Assembly: GCA_031267055.1 (NCBI GenBank)
Contig: JAIRZV010000126.1
Location: 1 to 39,029 of the forward strand
Length of the DNA stretch: 39,029 nucleotides
Direction: 5' to 3'
DNA from: Candidatus Margulisiibacteriota bacterium
GTDB lineage: Bacteria > Margulisbacteria > Termititenacia > Termititenacales > Termititenacaceae
In this document: positions 8,064-19,100 of the stretch, piece by piece
Numbering within the stretch: the first letter of the stretch is position 1
How the letters are laid out: the number at the start of each line of letters is the position of its first letter
Made by a program: the position numbers and the translations under genes
The notes under the pieces: generated by a model
The model's database searches: none
What the model saw: only the letters and a program-made list of their open reading frames with translations
Told to the model about the DNA's origin: nothing

Positions 8064-8354
8064 TTAATTTTCCGTACGCTTAATTCTGGCCATTTTTTTT
8101 AGATCAGCGTCAATATCCGTAAAATTCAAAAAAGAAATCGGAAATTGATTAACCGACAAATAAGTTTCAAATTCGGTTTTATTCAGACCAGCAAATTTGG
8201 CAGCCTGGCCGATAGTCATAGCGGACTGCTGGAAAAATTTTACCGCCAGATATCGTTTGATTTCCTGCTGCAAATCCGTATCGGACTCCGGTAACGAATC
8301 AGCCAAATCTTCCGGCATAGTGATTACAATTTTATGAGCTTCATGAAGGACCAT
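8064..8354 (-). CDS. UPF0175/COG2886-type antitoxin
   Basis: 96 aa. The TIGQAAKFAGLNKTEFETYLSVNQFPI segment resembles the UPF0175 family that normally pairs with DUF3368 PIN proteins. It sits immediately upstream of the PIN gene. Confidence 0.65.
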   Translation of the reverse strand: MVLHEAHKIVITMPEDLADSLPESDTDLQQEIKRYLAVKFFQQSAMTIGQAAKFAGLNKTEFETYLSVNQFPISFLNFTDIDADLKKMARIKRTEN

Positions 8355-8395
8355 AAAAACTCCTATTTATAATTATAGCATGATTTTCAACAAGT

Positions 8396-10060
8396 TTACT
8401 GATACAAATACGGATTTTCGCGCCATTTGGCGAATTTGACGGCGTGGTCGCTGATGCGCTCCAGATTATTGATTATGTCGTTAAAAATCGCGGCAGCGTT
8501 GAGATGACACTCTTTGGATTTCAAACGCTCCAGATGGTTTTTACGAAAATCGTCTTTTTCTTGGTCGATGCGGCCTTCCACTTGAAAAGCGTCACCGGCC
8601 AGACGCATATTGTTTTCGGCAAAAGCTTTCACGCTCAACTCACATTCCTGATCCACATCGCCAGTCATGATGCGGATCTCGTCCAGCGCGCGCGTCGAAT
8701 ATTTCACGTTATTGGTCAGGGAATTGTCCACCAGATAAACAATATTCAGCGCGTAGTCGGCGATTTTTTCCACATCGTTGACCAGATGCAACAGGCAGTT
8801 GTGATGCACGGCCTCGCGGTGCGACAGACCAGAGCTCTCCAGTGAAACCAAAAATTCAATAACCTCGGCTTGCAGCTCATCAGTGACATTTTCCAGAGCC
8901 TGTACTTTGGCGACATCGTGCCCCGTCTTGTCAAAAAGCCCTTGCAACGAGAGCGGCACCATGCTGCGCGCAATGCTCATCATATGCAGAATTTCTTTTT
9001 CGGCCTGACTAAGCGCGATAGACGGAATATTGGCAAAGCGTTTGTCGATAAATTTCGGCTCCGAGCCGATGATCTCCTCGTCTTTACCGGGCACGAGCCA
9101 GCTGACCAACCAGACCAGCACGTTGATCAGCGGCAGGAAAATCAGCACATTGATAATATTGAAAAGCGAATGTGCATTGGCGATATGGCGCGAAATATTG
9201 ACGCCAGCAAAAACATTGCCGGGCGTGATCTTATCAATGAACCAGAGATAAATCGGCACGCCCTCGCAACGCACAAAAAAGAACGCCATGAAAAGCGCCG
9301 TGCCCAGCACGTTGAACATCGTGTGCGACCAGGCCAGTCGGCGGGCGTTGCGCGAAGCGCCGATCGAGGCCAGCTGCGCCGTGATAGTCGTGCCGATATT
9401 TTCGCCAAAAACCAGCGGCACCGCGGCGGTAAAATCGATCGCGCCAACCACAGCCAGAGCCTGCGTGATGCCGATAGTCGCGCTGCTGCTCTGCAGAATA
9501 AAAGTCAATAGACAACCGCCCAGCACTGCCAAAAAAGGATTTTGGCTGAAAAGGACAAACAGACTGTGAAAAAACGGATCAGTTTTGAGAAAAGCAAAAG
9601 CGTCGGTCATGATATTGAGGCCGAGAAACAAAAGGCCAAAACCGAAAGCGGAAAAACCGACGAGCTGCCAGTTTTTGCGCGGGGCGAAAAGATGCAGCAA
9701 ACCGCCGATTGCGATAAAAAGCAACGCGTATTTGGCGATATCAAAAGCGATCAGCTGCGCAGTGACCGTCGTGCCGATATTGGCGCCGAGCACAATACTG
9801 ACACCTTTTTTCAAACTCAAAAGTCCGGCGTTTACAAAACCGACAGTCATAACCGTGACCGCGCTGCTGCTCTGCACGATGCCGGTGATGCCGGCGCCAA
9901 CCGCCACGCCGATCAGGCGGTTTTTGGTCAGAGCGGCTAAAATTTCTTTGAGTTTTTTACCGGCGAGTTTTTGCAGGCCGCTGGACATGGCCTGCATACC
10001 GTAAAGGAACAACGCAAATCCGCCGACAGTCTGAAAAGCAATTTGCAAAGCGGAATTCAT
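8396..10060 (-). CDS. Na+/phosphate cotransporter (NaPi-II family) with C-terminal PhoU-like domain
   Basis: 554 aa and polytopic. It has the duplicated QSSSA signatures (IVQSSSAVTVMTVGF and ILQSSSATIGITQAL), followed by a soluble helical PhoU-like repeat region. Confidence 0.85.
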   Translation of the reverse strand: MNSALQIAFQTVGGFALFLYGMQAMSSGLQKLAGKKLKEILAALTKNRLIGVAVGAGITGIVQSSSAVTVMTVGFVNAGLLSLKKGVSIVLGANIGTTVTAQLIAFDIAKYALLFIAIGGLLHLFAPRKNWQLVGFSAFGFGLLFLGLNIMTDAFAFLKTDPFFHSLFVLFSQNPFLAVLGGCLLTFILQSSSATIGITQALAVVGAIDFTAAVPLVFGENIGTTITAQLASIGASRNARRLAWSHTMFNVLGTALFMAFFFVRCEGVPIYLWFIDKITPGNVFAGVNISRHIANAHSLFNIINVLIFLPLINVLVWLVSWLVPGKDEEIIGSEPKFIDKRFANIPSIALSQAEKEILHMMSIARSMVPLSLQGLFDKTGHDVAKVQALENVTDELQAEVIEFLVSLESSGLSHREAVHHNCLLHLVNDVEKIADYALNIVYLVDNSLTNNVKYSTRALDEIRIMTGDVDQECELSVKAFAENNMRLAGDAFQVEGRIDQEKDDFRKNHLERLKSKECHLNAAAIFNDIINNLERISDHAVKFAKWRENPYLYQ

Positions 10061-10118
10061 CGGGGTGTACTATAGCATTAACCCGCTTTTGGGGCAAAAA
10101 CCGCGGCGGGGTGGTTTA

Positions 10119-13100
10119 TCACCTCGGTATAGTCACAGTCACAGCGGGTGCGGTTTTTATATCCAGTTCCGGCTGCGGAGCTGGAATATCCAGTTGGGGA
10201 GTTGGAGTTAATTCCCGTTCTGGCTCTGGATTTTGGGCTGTCTCTGTGCCAAGTTCTTGGTCATCTTCTCTAACTCCCGCAGGCGTTTCCGCTTCCGGCG
10301 GCGCCACAGATTTGCCTGTCGCCAGAGCTTGCAGTTCTCTATCCGCAACACGATCGACTATTTGCGGTGTGCCCGGATTGGTCAGAACAGTCACATTAAA
10401 TCCTGTCGGCTCGCCGTTGTTAAATGTAATTTCTGCCTTAGTTTTATTGCCCAGTAGTCCTTCTTCAATTATTAAAGCCTTACCATCGCCCGGAGCCGAA
10501 ATATCCATTTTCTTGCCGCCGATCTGCAGAGTATATCCGCCAGCGGGATTCCTGCTTATCGTCCCTGTTTCATTTTCTTCATCACCGTTGATGTCGCCGC
10601 TTACATTCCAACTGCTGACCTCGATACTCTGATTAAAACTTATATTTGCCGCGCGCAGGCCTTGATTAGCCCCGATCCTGCCGTCAACTTTTTTATTTAC
10701 AGCGTCGCCATTCTGCCATTGCCGACTGCTTATGTTGGGCTGGCCATTTTCATCGCGAAGCAGCAATGTATATGTTATGCCGGTTCCATTGGGATCTGCA
10801 ACTGTAAGTTTAGCATCATTAGTTTTCTTGTTTTGCTCTGTAATAAAGCCGATTGCTTTTTGATACATATCTCCACCCGGCGTCCAGTCGTGCGGCGCAT
10901 TGCCTGACCAGTAAAAATCTTTACCCAGTTTTTCGTTGCCGAATGTATACTGAGCGTCTATTTGTAGATGACCGGCGGTCTCACCATCGCCAAACAGGTG
11001 TTTGTTGATATCTTCCTCGGCTCCCTCTCCCAGCGCCTTTCCTAAAGCCTCTTTTAAAACTTCCAGCATGGTGAAAACGCGGCCGTTCATTATGCTTGCC
11101 GGATCGGGTTTATCAGCAAAACTGCCGTCCGTATTGGTCAGATTGACATAAACCGGCATTGTAATATCACCCAAACTGGTTAACGTTGCGGATACATCCG
11201 GTGTGCCATCCGGACGCAGCAGCACTTTAATTCCCGACGTTTCGGCATTGCCTACTATTTTCTGAATGAGTTCCGCTCTTTTTGCAGAATTCAGCTCTGT
11301 GCTGTCCCCGGCAAATGCCGACTCAAAACCAACAACCTTTGGCTGCACGATCTCGGGAGTCAAGCCGCCGCTGTGAATAATAACCGGCGGCTCGCCGCCG
11401 CTGGCCGCGACAAAGAAAATAGTTTTCATAGCGTCATTGATGCCGGCGTTATTGTCGCCTCCTAGAACTTTGCCCAACTCTGTTCTATTGGTGCCGTCCG
11501 CGCCGACTACACCGTTGAACTCCTCGCCAGTATTGGCTATAACGTCGGGTAGCTTCCCGTCAGCGCCACACAATTGTGTTCCGCCGTCCAAGCTGATCGC
11601 CGGATTTTTCTCTCTGAGGAAAACCTTCATAGCATCCTGATAGGCCGCAGCCGCGGGGTCATGTTCTTGTTCATCATCTTGTCTGCGTGATTCAGCCAGG
11701 AGATCGGTAAGTTTCTCCTCGCCTTGAGGCGTGTAACCGTAGCCCATCTTGCGCAGATCCCGCGTGGTCTGGGCTCCCATTTGGTTCAGCTCGTCCAAGG
11801 CCGCCCGCAGCTCGGGACTGAGCGGCTGTCCATTGGTTTCATCCAGTAACACTTCGCGCGTATTAAGTATCACGTTGAGGCAGTCTTTATTTTGCTCAAT
11901 AGTAGCCGTATTTCCCCTCGGCATATTTCTGATATTATCTAGCATCCCGGGTTGTAGCGTTGTGCCGGCGGCGTCTTTAAGGCCGAGAATGTCTGTCTCG
12001 AGAGTCCAAGACGGAGCGGTGTTGTAAAGTTCGATTTTTCCTTCTGTGGATATTTGTCTCCCTAAATCAATGTCTTCTCGTGTGACATCCCTTGTCGGCT
12101 CGCCGGCATTACACAGATTAGTTAAAGCGTTTGTCATATCTCGGCGGTAATCCGTTGACATCTGAGTGACACTGCTTTGGCGCTCAGTCATTGGAATAAT
12201 AACTTCTTTACGGAAAACCTCCGCGCGCATTTGTTCATTGGCTTCCAGAGCGCGGTTGCCAGCCGGCCCGAGCAGACTGCTCCGACCGCGGTTGTATTCA
12301 GTCATAGCATTGTCTATGCGGCGCAAGTTATTTATAGTAGTGGTATCATTTAGCTGAGAGTAAAAATGCGTTCTCAAGGCAGAATGCCAGTTTCGCCGAT
12401 TGGTGTTATCGTCCCGATAATGCTTTCTGGTGTTCTGCGCCGCCAGCATATCTCTGGTCAATTTAGCAAAGTCTTGATAGGCGGAACCTTCTTCGTCTGA
12501 GAAAAGGAGATTCAATTCCGGCGAATCTATGGTAATGTCAGCAATTTCAGCTATATTTTCTCTTATTTTTGCTCTATCCTCTGCTGTTACCGCCATGGCA
12601 TAGGCGCTTACTTGTTCAGTCAGTCGCTTATAAGTTACCGGATCGACAAGACGCAGTGAATTGTTCCGGGCCGCCGCCGGGTCCATCGTGAAGGCCTGAC
12701 CGACCAGACAGCGGGCAAAAAGTTCTTTACTGCGCTCCATGCTCATATCGCCGACATCATTGGCGGAGAAATTCTGCTCTATGGCGGTCTCATGGAAAGA
12801 CAGGATCGGAGGAGTGGTCAGTAATTTTATGGAGCGCACCGTAAAAATGCCGGCTAGCATATCTCTCTGGTCTTGCCCATCAGGAACAAGTCCCTCCGGC
12901 ATCTTGCCGAAAAGTTTCTCATCCCATTTTATCGTACCCTGCAAAATATCTTCGAAAGCCTGCTGCATAGCATCAAAATTTGTGACGTCTTCATCAGACA
13001 GCAGCCCGGCCTCGATCAAAGTGTTTTTGTAATGGCTTGCAGCCGCTCTGACCTGATCTAAATTGCCGCCGGTCACCGCTTTAGACAGATCATTCTGCGC

Positions 13101-16100
13101 CGCGATGATATTGGCGTGAGCAATGCGTCCGACATTGCTATTAGCCAGCGCCTGTTTTAGAACTTGACCGGCCGAAGCCGAAGTGACCTCACGCATATTA
13201 TTGATGCGCTCCGCCAGTTTCTTGTCCTCGCGGCGGTTGGCCAGCAAGGCTCCGACAGCGTCAAAGTCACTGCTCAAAAGCTGCACTCTAGCCATGAAAT
13301 TCAGCTTATTGCCCGTCCCGGCAGCAATATTAATGTGCTGGCTGAAATCGGGGTTGCCCAGTTCCGGAATTTCGTCAATTATTCCCTCCACTGTCTTTTG
13401 AGTTTCTTTAATACGGCTTCTTAAATCTTCTAGTCCTTCAGGCGTAAGATTGAGTTTTTCCATCAAAGCGTCATCCGGCGCATATAGAATAATATCAATA
13501 ATGGCTGAATACATCTTATATTGATCAGTGGATCGCGGGTCAATACCTTCAAGCTGAGCTTTTCTAGTTATTTCTTTTAGCAGAGCAATAAGACCCTCCG
13601 CGGTAAATAAATCCGGATATTTATCTATAAGGTCAAGGTTAACAAAAGCGTTGGTTGTTCTAGCTTGTTCCAGCGATCTGATGTTTGCGTACGCTTCTAA
13701 AAGGGCTTTGCTTTGAGGCGGTTCTTTTTCTATTTTAAATCTATCATCAATATTCTTAGAAACGGCTTCAACGGTGTCATCGTCGAGAATAGATCCTGTT
13801 GAAACTGTATCTGGCAGCCCCAATCCATTCTCCCCACATGATATTTCTCTTTTTACTTCTTCTGGTAAATTTTCCATTGATCGCACCACAAAACCAATCG
13901 CCTCACCGCGATTAGCCGTACTGCTACTGCTACTCCATATATAATGTCCGCAATTGGCTGTGTGTCTTTTTATCGCTTCTTGATATTGAATAGACCCTAG
14001 TTCATATTGTCTCGTCTCATCTGTCAGCAATTGCGCGTCTAGGTTTACAGCGTTTTGAAGAATAGCCTCATTTTCTGAAGAGAACTCCTCTCCCTCCTGC
14101 TGTTTCTGGTAAGAAAATTTGTCTATGGTGATACGTAGAGCGGTGCCTATTTTTCCTGCTGTTTTGGCAAAATTCTTTTTTACGGCTGGATCATCTTCAT
14201 TATCTAAATCCGGCAAACCGCCAGCAACTGCATACATCTCAGAAAGCTTCGTATCGCTTGTGAGCGGCATGCGGAGACCTGTATCGTGTTCTACCTTATC
14301 AATCTCTTTTTCTAAAGATGCCCCTATACCCTGATTGGTAGCATACGCACGCTGCGTTTGCTCCCAAGCAACAGGATCAGATTCAGGATTCATAATCGAG
14401 GTTAGGGAGTTAACGGTCCTATTATAATAAGAATACAATGTCAATTGCCCGTTTACGGTAAGCTGACTACGCTCTGGATCTGCCTCGATATTTTTCGTTA
14501 TTATTTTTAGAGCAGCTTCTGTGGCGTTAGGCCCCGACCCCATCCAGCCAACGTTGAGCGGATCCCCAAACTGCTGAACACGATCTTCTAAAGAATTCAT
14601 TTTTGCCATACTATCACCGACTTCTTGTCTGGCAAGCGCGGCCCAGTCAGGCTGGGTTTCAGCGCTGTTTGCCACTTGCTGATCGGTCTTTGCTTCAACT
14701 GCTTCTGCTTGAACAGCAGTTTCAGCAGAAATGGTGCCTTCGTCCTCTTCTTTTTGGGCTTGTTGTCTGGCTTCGGCGGCGGCTTCGGCCTCTCTTTGAG
14801 CCTCTAGAGTTCTTGACAGCTGTGTATTAGTGGCCTTTATAGCCTCTTCGGCTCTCTCTTTAGCCCTGAGCGCGTCAGTTAGTTCCGCTTGAGCTTGTGC
14901 TTTAGCCCGGATAGCGGCATCCAGATCCTTTTCTAATTGCCTTTTTTTCTCTTGAGCTTCTTCCAGATCAGCTTGAGCCTGTGCCAGATCAGCTTGAGCC
15001 TGCGCCAGATCAGCTTTAGCTGCCTCCAGCTCTATTTCAAGATCTCTAACCTTTTTTTCGAGATCTCTGGCCGTGGCTTCGAGGTCGCTGGCTCTGTCTT
15101 CAAGTCCATCAGCCGCTTCTTCGAGTCCTGTGGCAGTGTTGCTGAGCATTTCAGCTTCTTGGTTAAGATAACCGGCCTTCTCTTCAGCCTCGATAGCATC
15201 TTTTTCAAGCCCCCTAGCTTTTTCTTCGAGTTCCGTAGCTTGTTCTTCGAGTCTCTCAACCTCTTCTTCGAGTTTTTCAGCAATGCCTTTGAGCCTTTTA
15301 GCCTCTGTTTCGAGTTCTTTAGCCTCTGTTTCGAGTCCGTCCGCAATGCCATCAAGCCTGTTGGCTTCCGCTTTGTCAGTTTTAGCAGTGGTTTCGAGCG
15401 TGTCAGCCGTTGCTTCGTCAGTTTTAGCAGTGCCTTCGAGTGTTTCTGCGGTTCCTTGGAGTTCGTCATACTTTTTCTTGGATTCCGTAGCATCTCCTTC
15501 GAGTCCCGCAGCCGCTGTTTCAAGCGCCGCAGCCCCCGGTTCAAGTTCAAGAATTTTATCTTCTAATTCGGTTATGGCTGTATCAATTTCCGTTTTCTCT
15601 GCCTCACTTAATCCTTCTACAAGTCTAGCTTGGAGATCAGTTATTCGTTCTTTTAAACCGTCTATGAATCCCCTTGCATTATTTGCCTCTGTTCTTTTTC
15701 TATCGGCTTTGTCTGCGTCAGTTTCCCATGTTCGTTTTGCGGCAGCAGCGTCTCTTGCGGCAACATCCGCAGCTCTTCTTGATCTGGCGGCAGTTTCCGC
15801 GGCGGTATTTGCCGCTCCTCTTGAGGTAAGGGCTTTGGCTTTGGCAGTATCTGCCATTGTTCTTGCGCCACTGGCTTCAAGTATTTTGGCAGTTGCTTCT
15901 CCGTCTTTTTGATCCGCCGCTCTCCTTGCGGGCGCCGCTTCACCTCTTTTTTCAATTGCCTTGTCTCTTGTTTCACTTGCTTCGTTTCTTGTTTCCGTTG
16001 CATCTTTTCTTATCTGAAGCGCCTCACCGTTTGCTTCAACTGCCGTCTTTCTTGCGCTAACTGCCGCCTTTCTTGCGGCAATTGCCGTATTTCTTGCGGC

Positions 16101-19100
16101 AGTTGCCTCGCTTCTTGCAGTGGCTGCCTCTTGTCTCGCTGTACTTAGCTCTGCGGCTTTTTCCCTGACACGGCCCGCCGCTTCGTCTCTTGCGGTGGTT
16201 GCGGTTTCTATTTTTCCAGATGCAGCGGCTATCTCTCCCTCGGCAGCTTCTATTTGTCCGGGCGCGGCTTCTATTATTCTGTCTGCGTCCGCTATTTTTC
16301 CCCTTGCTACGGTTATATCTCCTTCTGCCTTTTGCAGGTTTTGAGCATGTTCAAGATTACTGTCGGCAGCAAAAACCTGATCAACAGTATCCGTATAATA
16401 TCCGTTTACCAGCCTATCTACTTCTTCATTGTTTCGGCTGGCTTGAGCATTTTTCAGCTCATCGCGTATATCTTTAGCTTCTTTAAGACGGCTCTGCGAA
16501 ACCGGATCGTCTTTTTGCTCCAATTCTTTGATTTCTGCGTCGAGCTGAGCAAGCATATTTTTAGCGGTCGGCTGGTATGCCGCATTCGTTTTGTGATCAT
16601 ACCTGGTTGGTGTTTTTCCGACTCCAGTAGTAATTATACTACGATTGCTGTTACCCGTAGCCGTTAGCAAAGCCGCACCATCTGCATTTACTTTATCAAG
16701 GTCTATACGAGCAAGGCTACAGCCTTCCGAGCCGCCCTGCGGGGTAGTCGCGCTGAGGCCCGGGAGACGCGACAAATCGTCTTGCTTATACAGGCAATAT
16801 CTGTCGCTCACATCTGTGATATTCGCGGGATCGTAATCAACATTGTAAGCTTCCATCACATTGCTGTAAGCCTGAAAATCGCTGAGCGTTTGTAGGCGGC
16901 TTCCCTCTAATTCGCTTCTTGAGAGGTCATGCGCTATCGAGCCGCCCGCATTAAAAGTATACTCGGTCGGGTCAACAGCTCCGGGTTTTTGACAAAGAAT
17001 TTTTACATCTTTTCCGGGATTGTTTTCGATCTCTTGGTCAGCAATGGCCCTTAATTCAGCGTCGCTATATTCTGTATTGTCAGCCTTGGGCGGCAGAAAA
17101 TAATTTCCGTCTTTATCAATAGAATATTTTATTTCTTTCCCGTCAACCTTTACAGAACCAGATTTCAGACCCAGATTTCTGGTCCTGGCATTGCTTCCTA
17201 AATGCCAGTCTGGAGTATAAATACCATTGTAATTTTCTCGAAAAGGCTCGCCAGCGTTAACCGTAAATCTATTTACGCCGCCGTCTTCGTCGGAATTCGC
17301 TACAGTTTTTAGTTTTTTTACTATGGCTTCCGAAAGTTTTGCGTTGGTAGAAACACTCGGGATTTGGCCGTTGATTAGCTGTTCTTTAACCTCCTGTTTA
17401 AGAACAACTGTAATAGTGCCCTGACTATCAATGTTTGCCGTAAACCAATCTTTGGCATTTTGGCGGACTATTTCCGCATCTTCTTTTCCCAGGTCGCCGA
17501 TCATGAAAGTCTCTACATCTTTTTGCATAGCAGTTATTTTCTTCATAACCTGTCTGGCCTCGTCTTCCTGGCCATTACTAATCATAAAAGCGATGGTATC
17601 TTTGGTTTTATCGTCAACAAACGTATTGTTCACATAAAAATCTTGAATTGGCTGGTATTGTTCCTTTTTTTCTTTATTCTTTTTAAGATCATTAGCTTGT
17701 TCCATTTCCTTGAGAAATTTATTGAATCGGGCATTTAATGTGCCGGGACTAGTATGTTTGCCAAGCAAGTCTTGCATAGACTGCACCATCTCGGCGTCAT
17801 TTTGAATACGCCGCGCGCCCTCTCCGGCATAGGCATCGGTCAGGACGGACATCACCTCTCTGGCGTCACGCGGATCCAGAGCGGCTAGCAGATTGCCGAC
17901 ATGCGCGCCGCCGGATAATTTATCCATCTGTGTTTGATAATTTGCCTGCTCTAAAATATTCTTAGCCAGGTCCGCCAGAGCTTTTACGAGAAGATCGGCA
18001 GTAGTCAGATCATTGTCAATTCTTTTCTCCGACTCGTCATCGTCCGGTGCGGCGGTCGACTCCACGCCGGAAAATTCAACTTTGCGGCCGCCCGTAGCGC
18101 CGGAGCCGCTCCTGCCGATTTCCACCATACCGTTCGCGCCGTCCGGCCCTTCCACAGCAATACTTATTTTATTTCCTTCGTCTAACGCTCTTTGTATCTT
18201 ATCGGCCTCTTCCGGCTTGCTGGTCATGGTCACTACTTCGCCGTCTTCGCCTGTTTTTGATATCTGCACCTGACCATCCGCGGTTATTTGCATAGTCACG
18301 CCGTTGCTAAGAGATATTGGCGCGGCTAATTGTTCCTGAGATTCTGCACGATTAACGGCGTTGGCATCGCCTGTCACTCCCTGTCTCCTCGTATTCTCAG
18401 CATCAACAGCATCGTCAATCTGTTTTTGGGTCGCGTTATCTGGAATATTAAGGCCTTTACCCTGTAACTCTTTTATAATATCAGCATTTTTGGCGGCGAT
18501 ATCTCCATTCTTAGCATCTATAGCTTGCCGAATTTTTTCAACAGGTGCGTCCTCAGCTATAGTAACGCCATTCGCTATTAAGTCGGCTATGGCTGCTTTT
18601 TGCGCTTCAAGGTTAGAGGTATCCATTGCAGCCGCGGTATCCCCATTTTTCGCGGCGATCATATCATTAAGCTCTGTTGGAGTTTTGTTCTGCAACCTTG
18701 AGACGTCGTTGATCCCAAGTTGACCAGCCAATGTTTCTAGTTCATCTTGATCAGTTACTACTTCTTGTAAAATGGGTGGGCCGTCTCCATTTTCCTCGAC
18801 TCTATAGGTAACGCCGTCAGCCGTAATAGTGCCGTCATCATTAGCTTGCGCACCTGACCATGTTCCATTATCGTAACTGAGACCGCCTCCATAGTCATAA
18901 GCTCCCGCCATGTTTTCTGTTACTTTCGCAGAACTTTCTGTGCCTTTGTAGCCTTGATAAATTTCACCATCATTATCTCGTATATCACTTGCTACAACAT
19001 TACCCCACCCGGTATCTTGAGCAACAATATTCTTGGCAACATCCTCATTACCTCTTGCTTGATAATCTGTTTCAACTGTAGTCTCTAAGCCGCCCGCAGT

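Noticed and set aside
14937-16003. Several long ORFs in other frames or strands across the coiled-coil arrays (14937..15566 +, 15283..15912 +, 15032..15550 -, 15662..16003 -).
   Set aside because: Their translations are low-complexity Ser/Phe/Leu or Lys/Arg/Leu strings generated by reading the 21-nt periodic DNA out of frame. All of them lie wholly inside the 15.4-kb frame, which has the coherent heptad reading.
14748-16151. Regularly spaced short repeats that could be mistaken for a CRISPR array.
   Set aside because: The period is 21 nt with no unique spacers. The units are contiguous and in frame, encoding heptads. No cas genes or leader are present.
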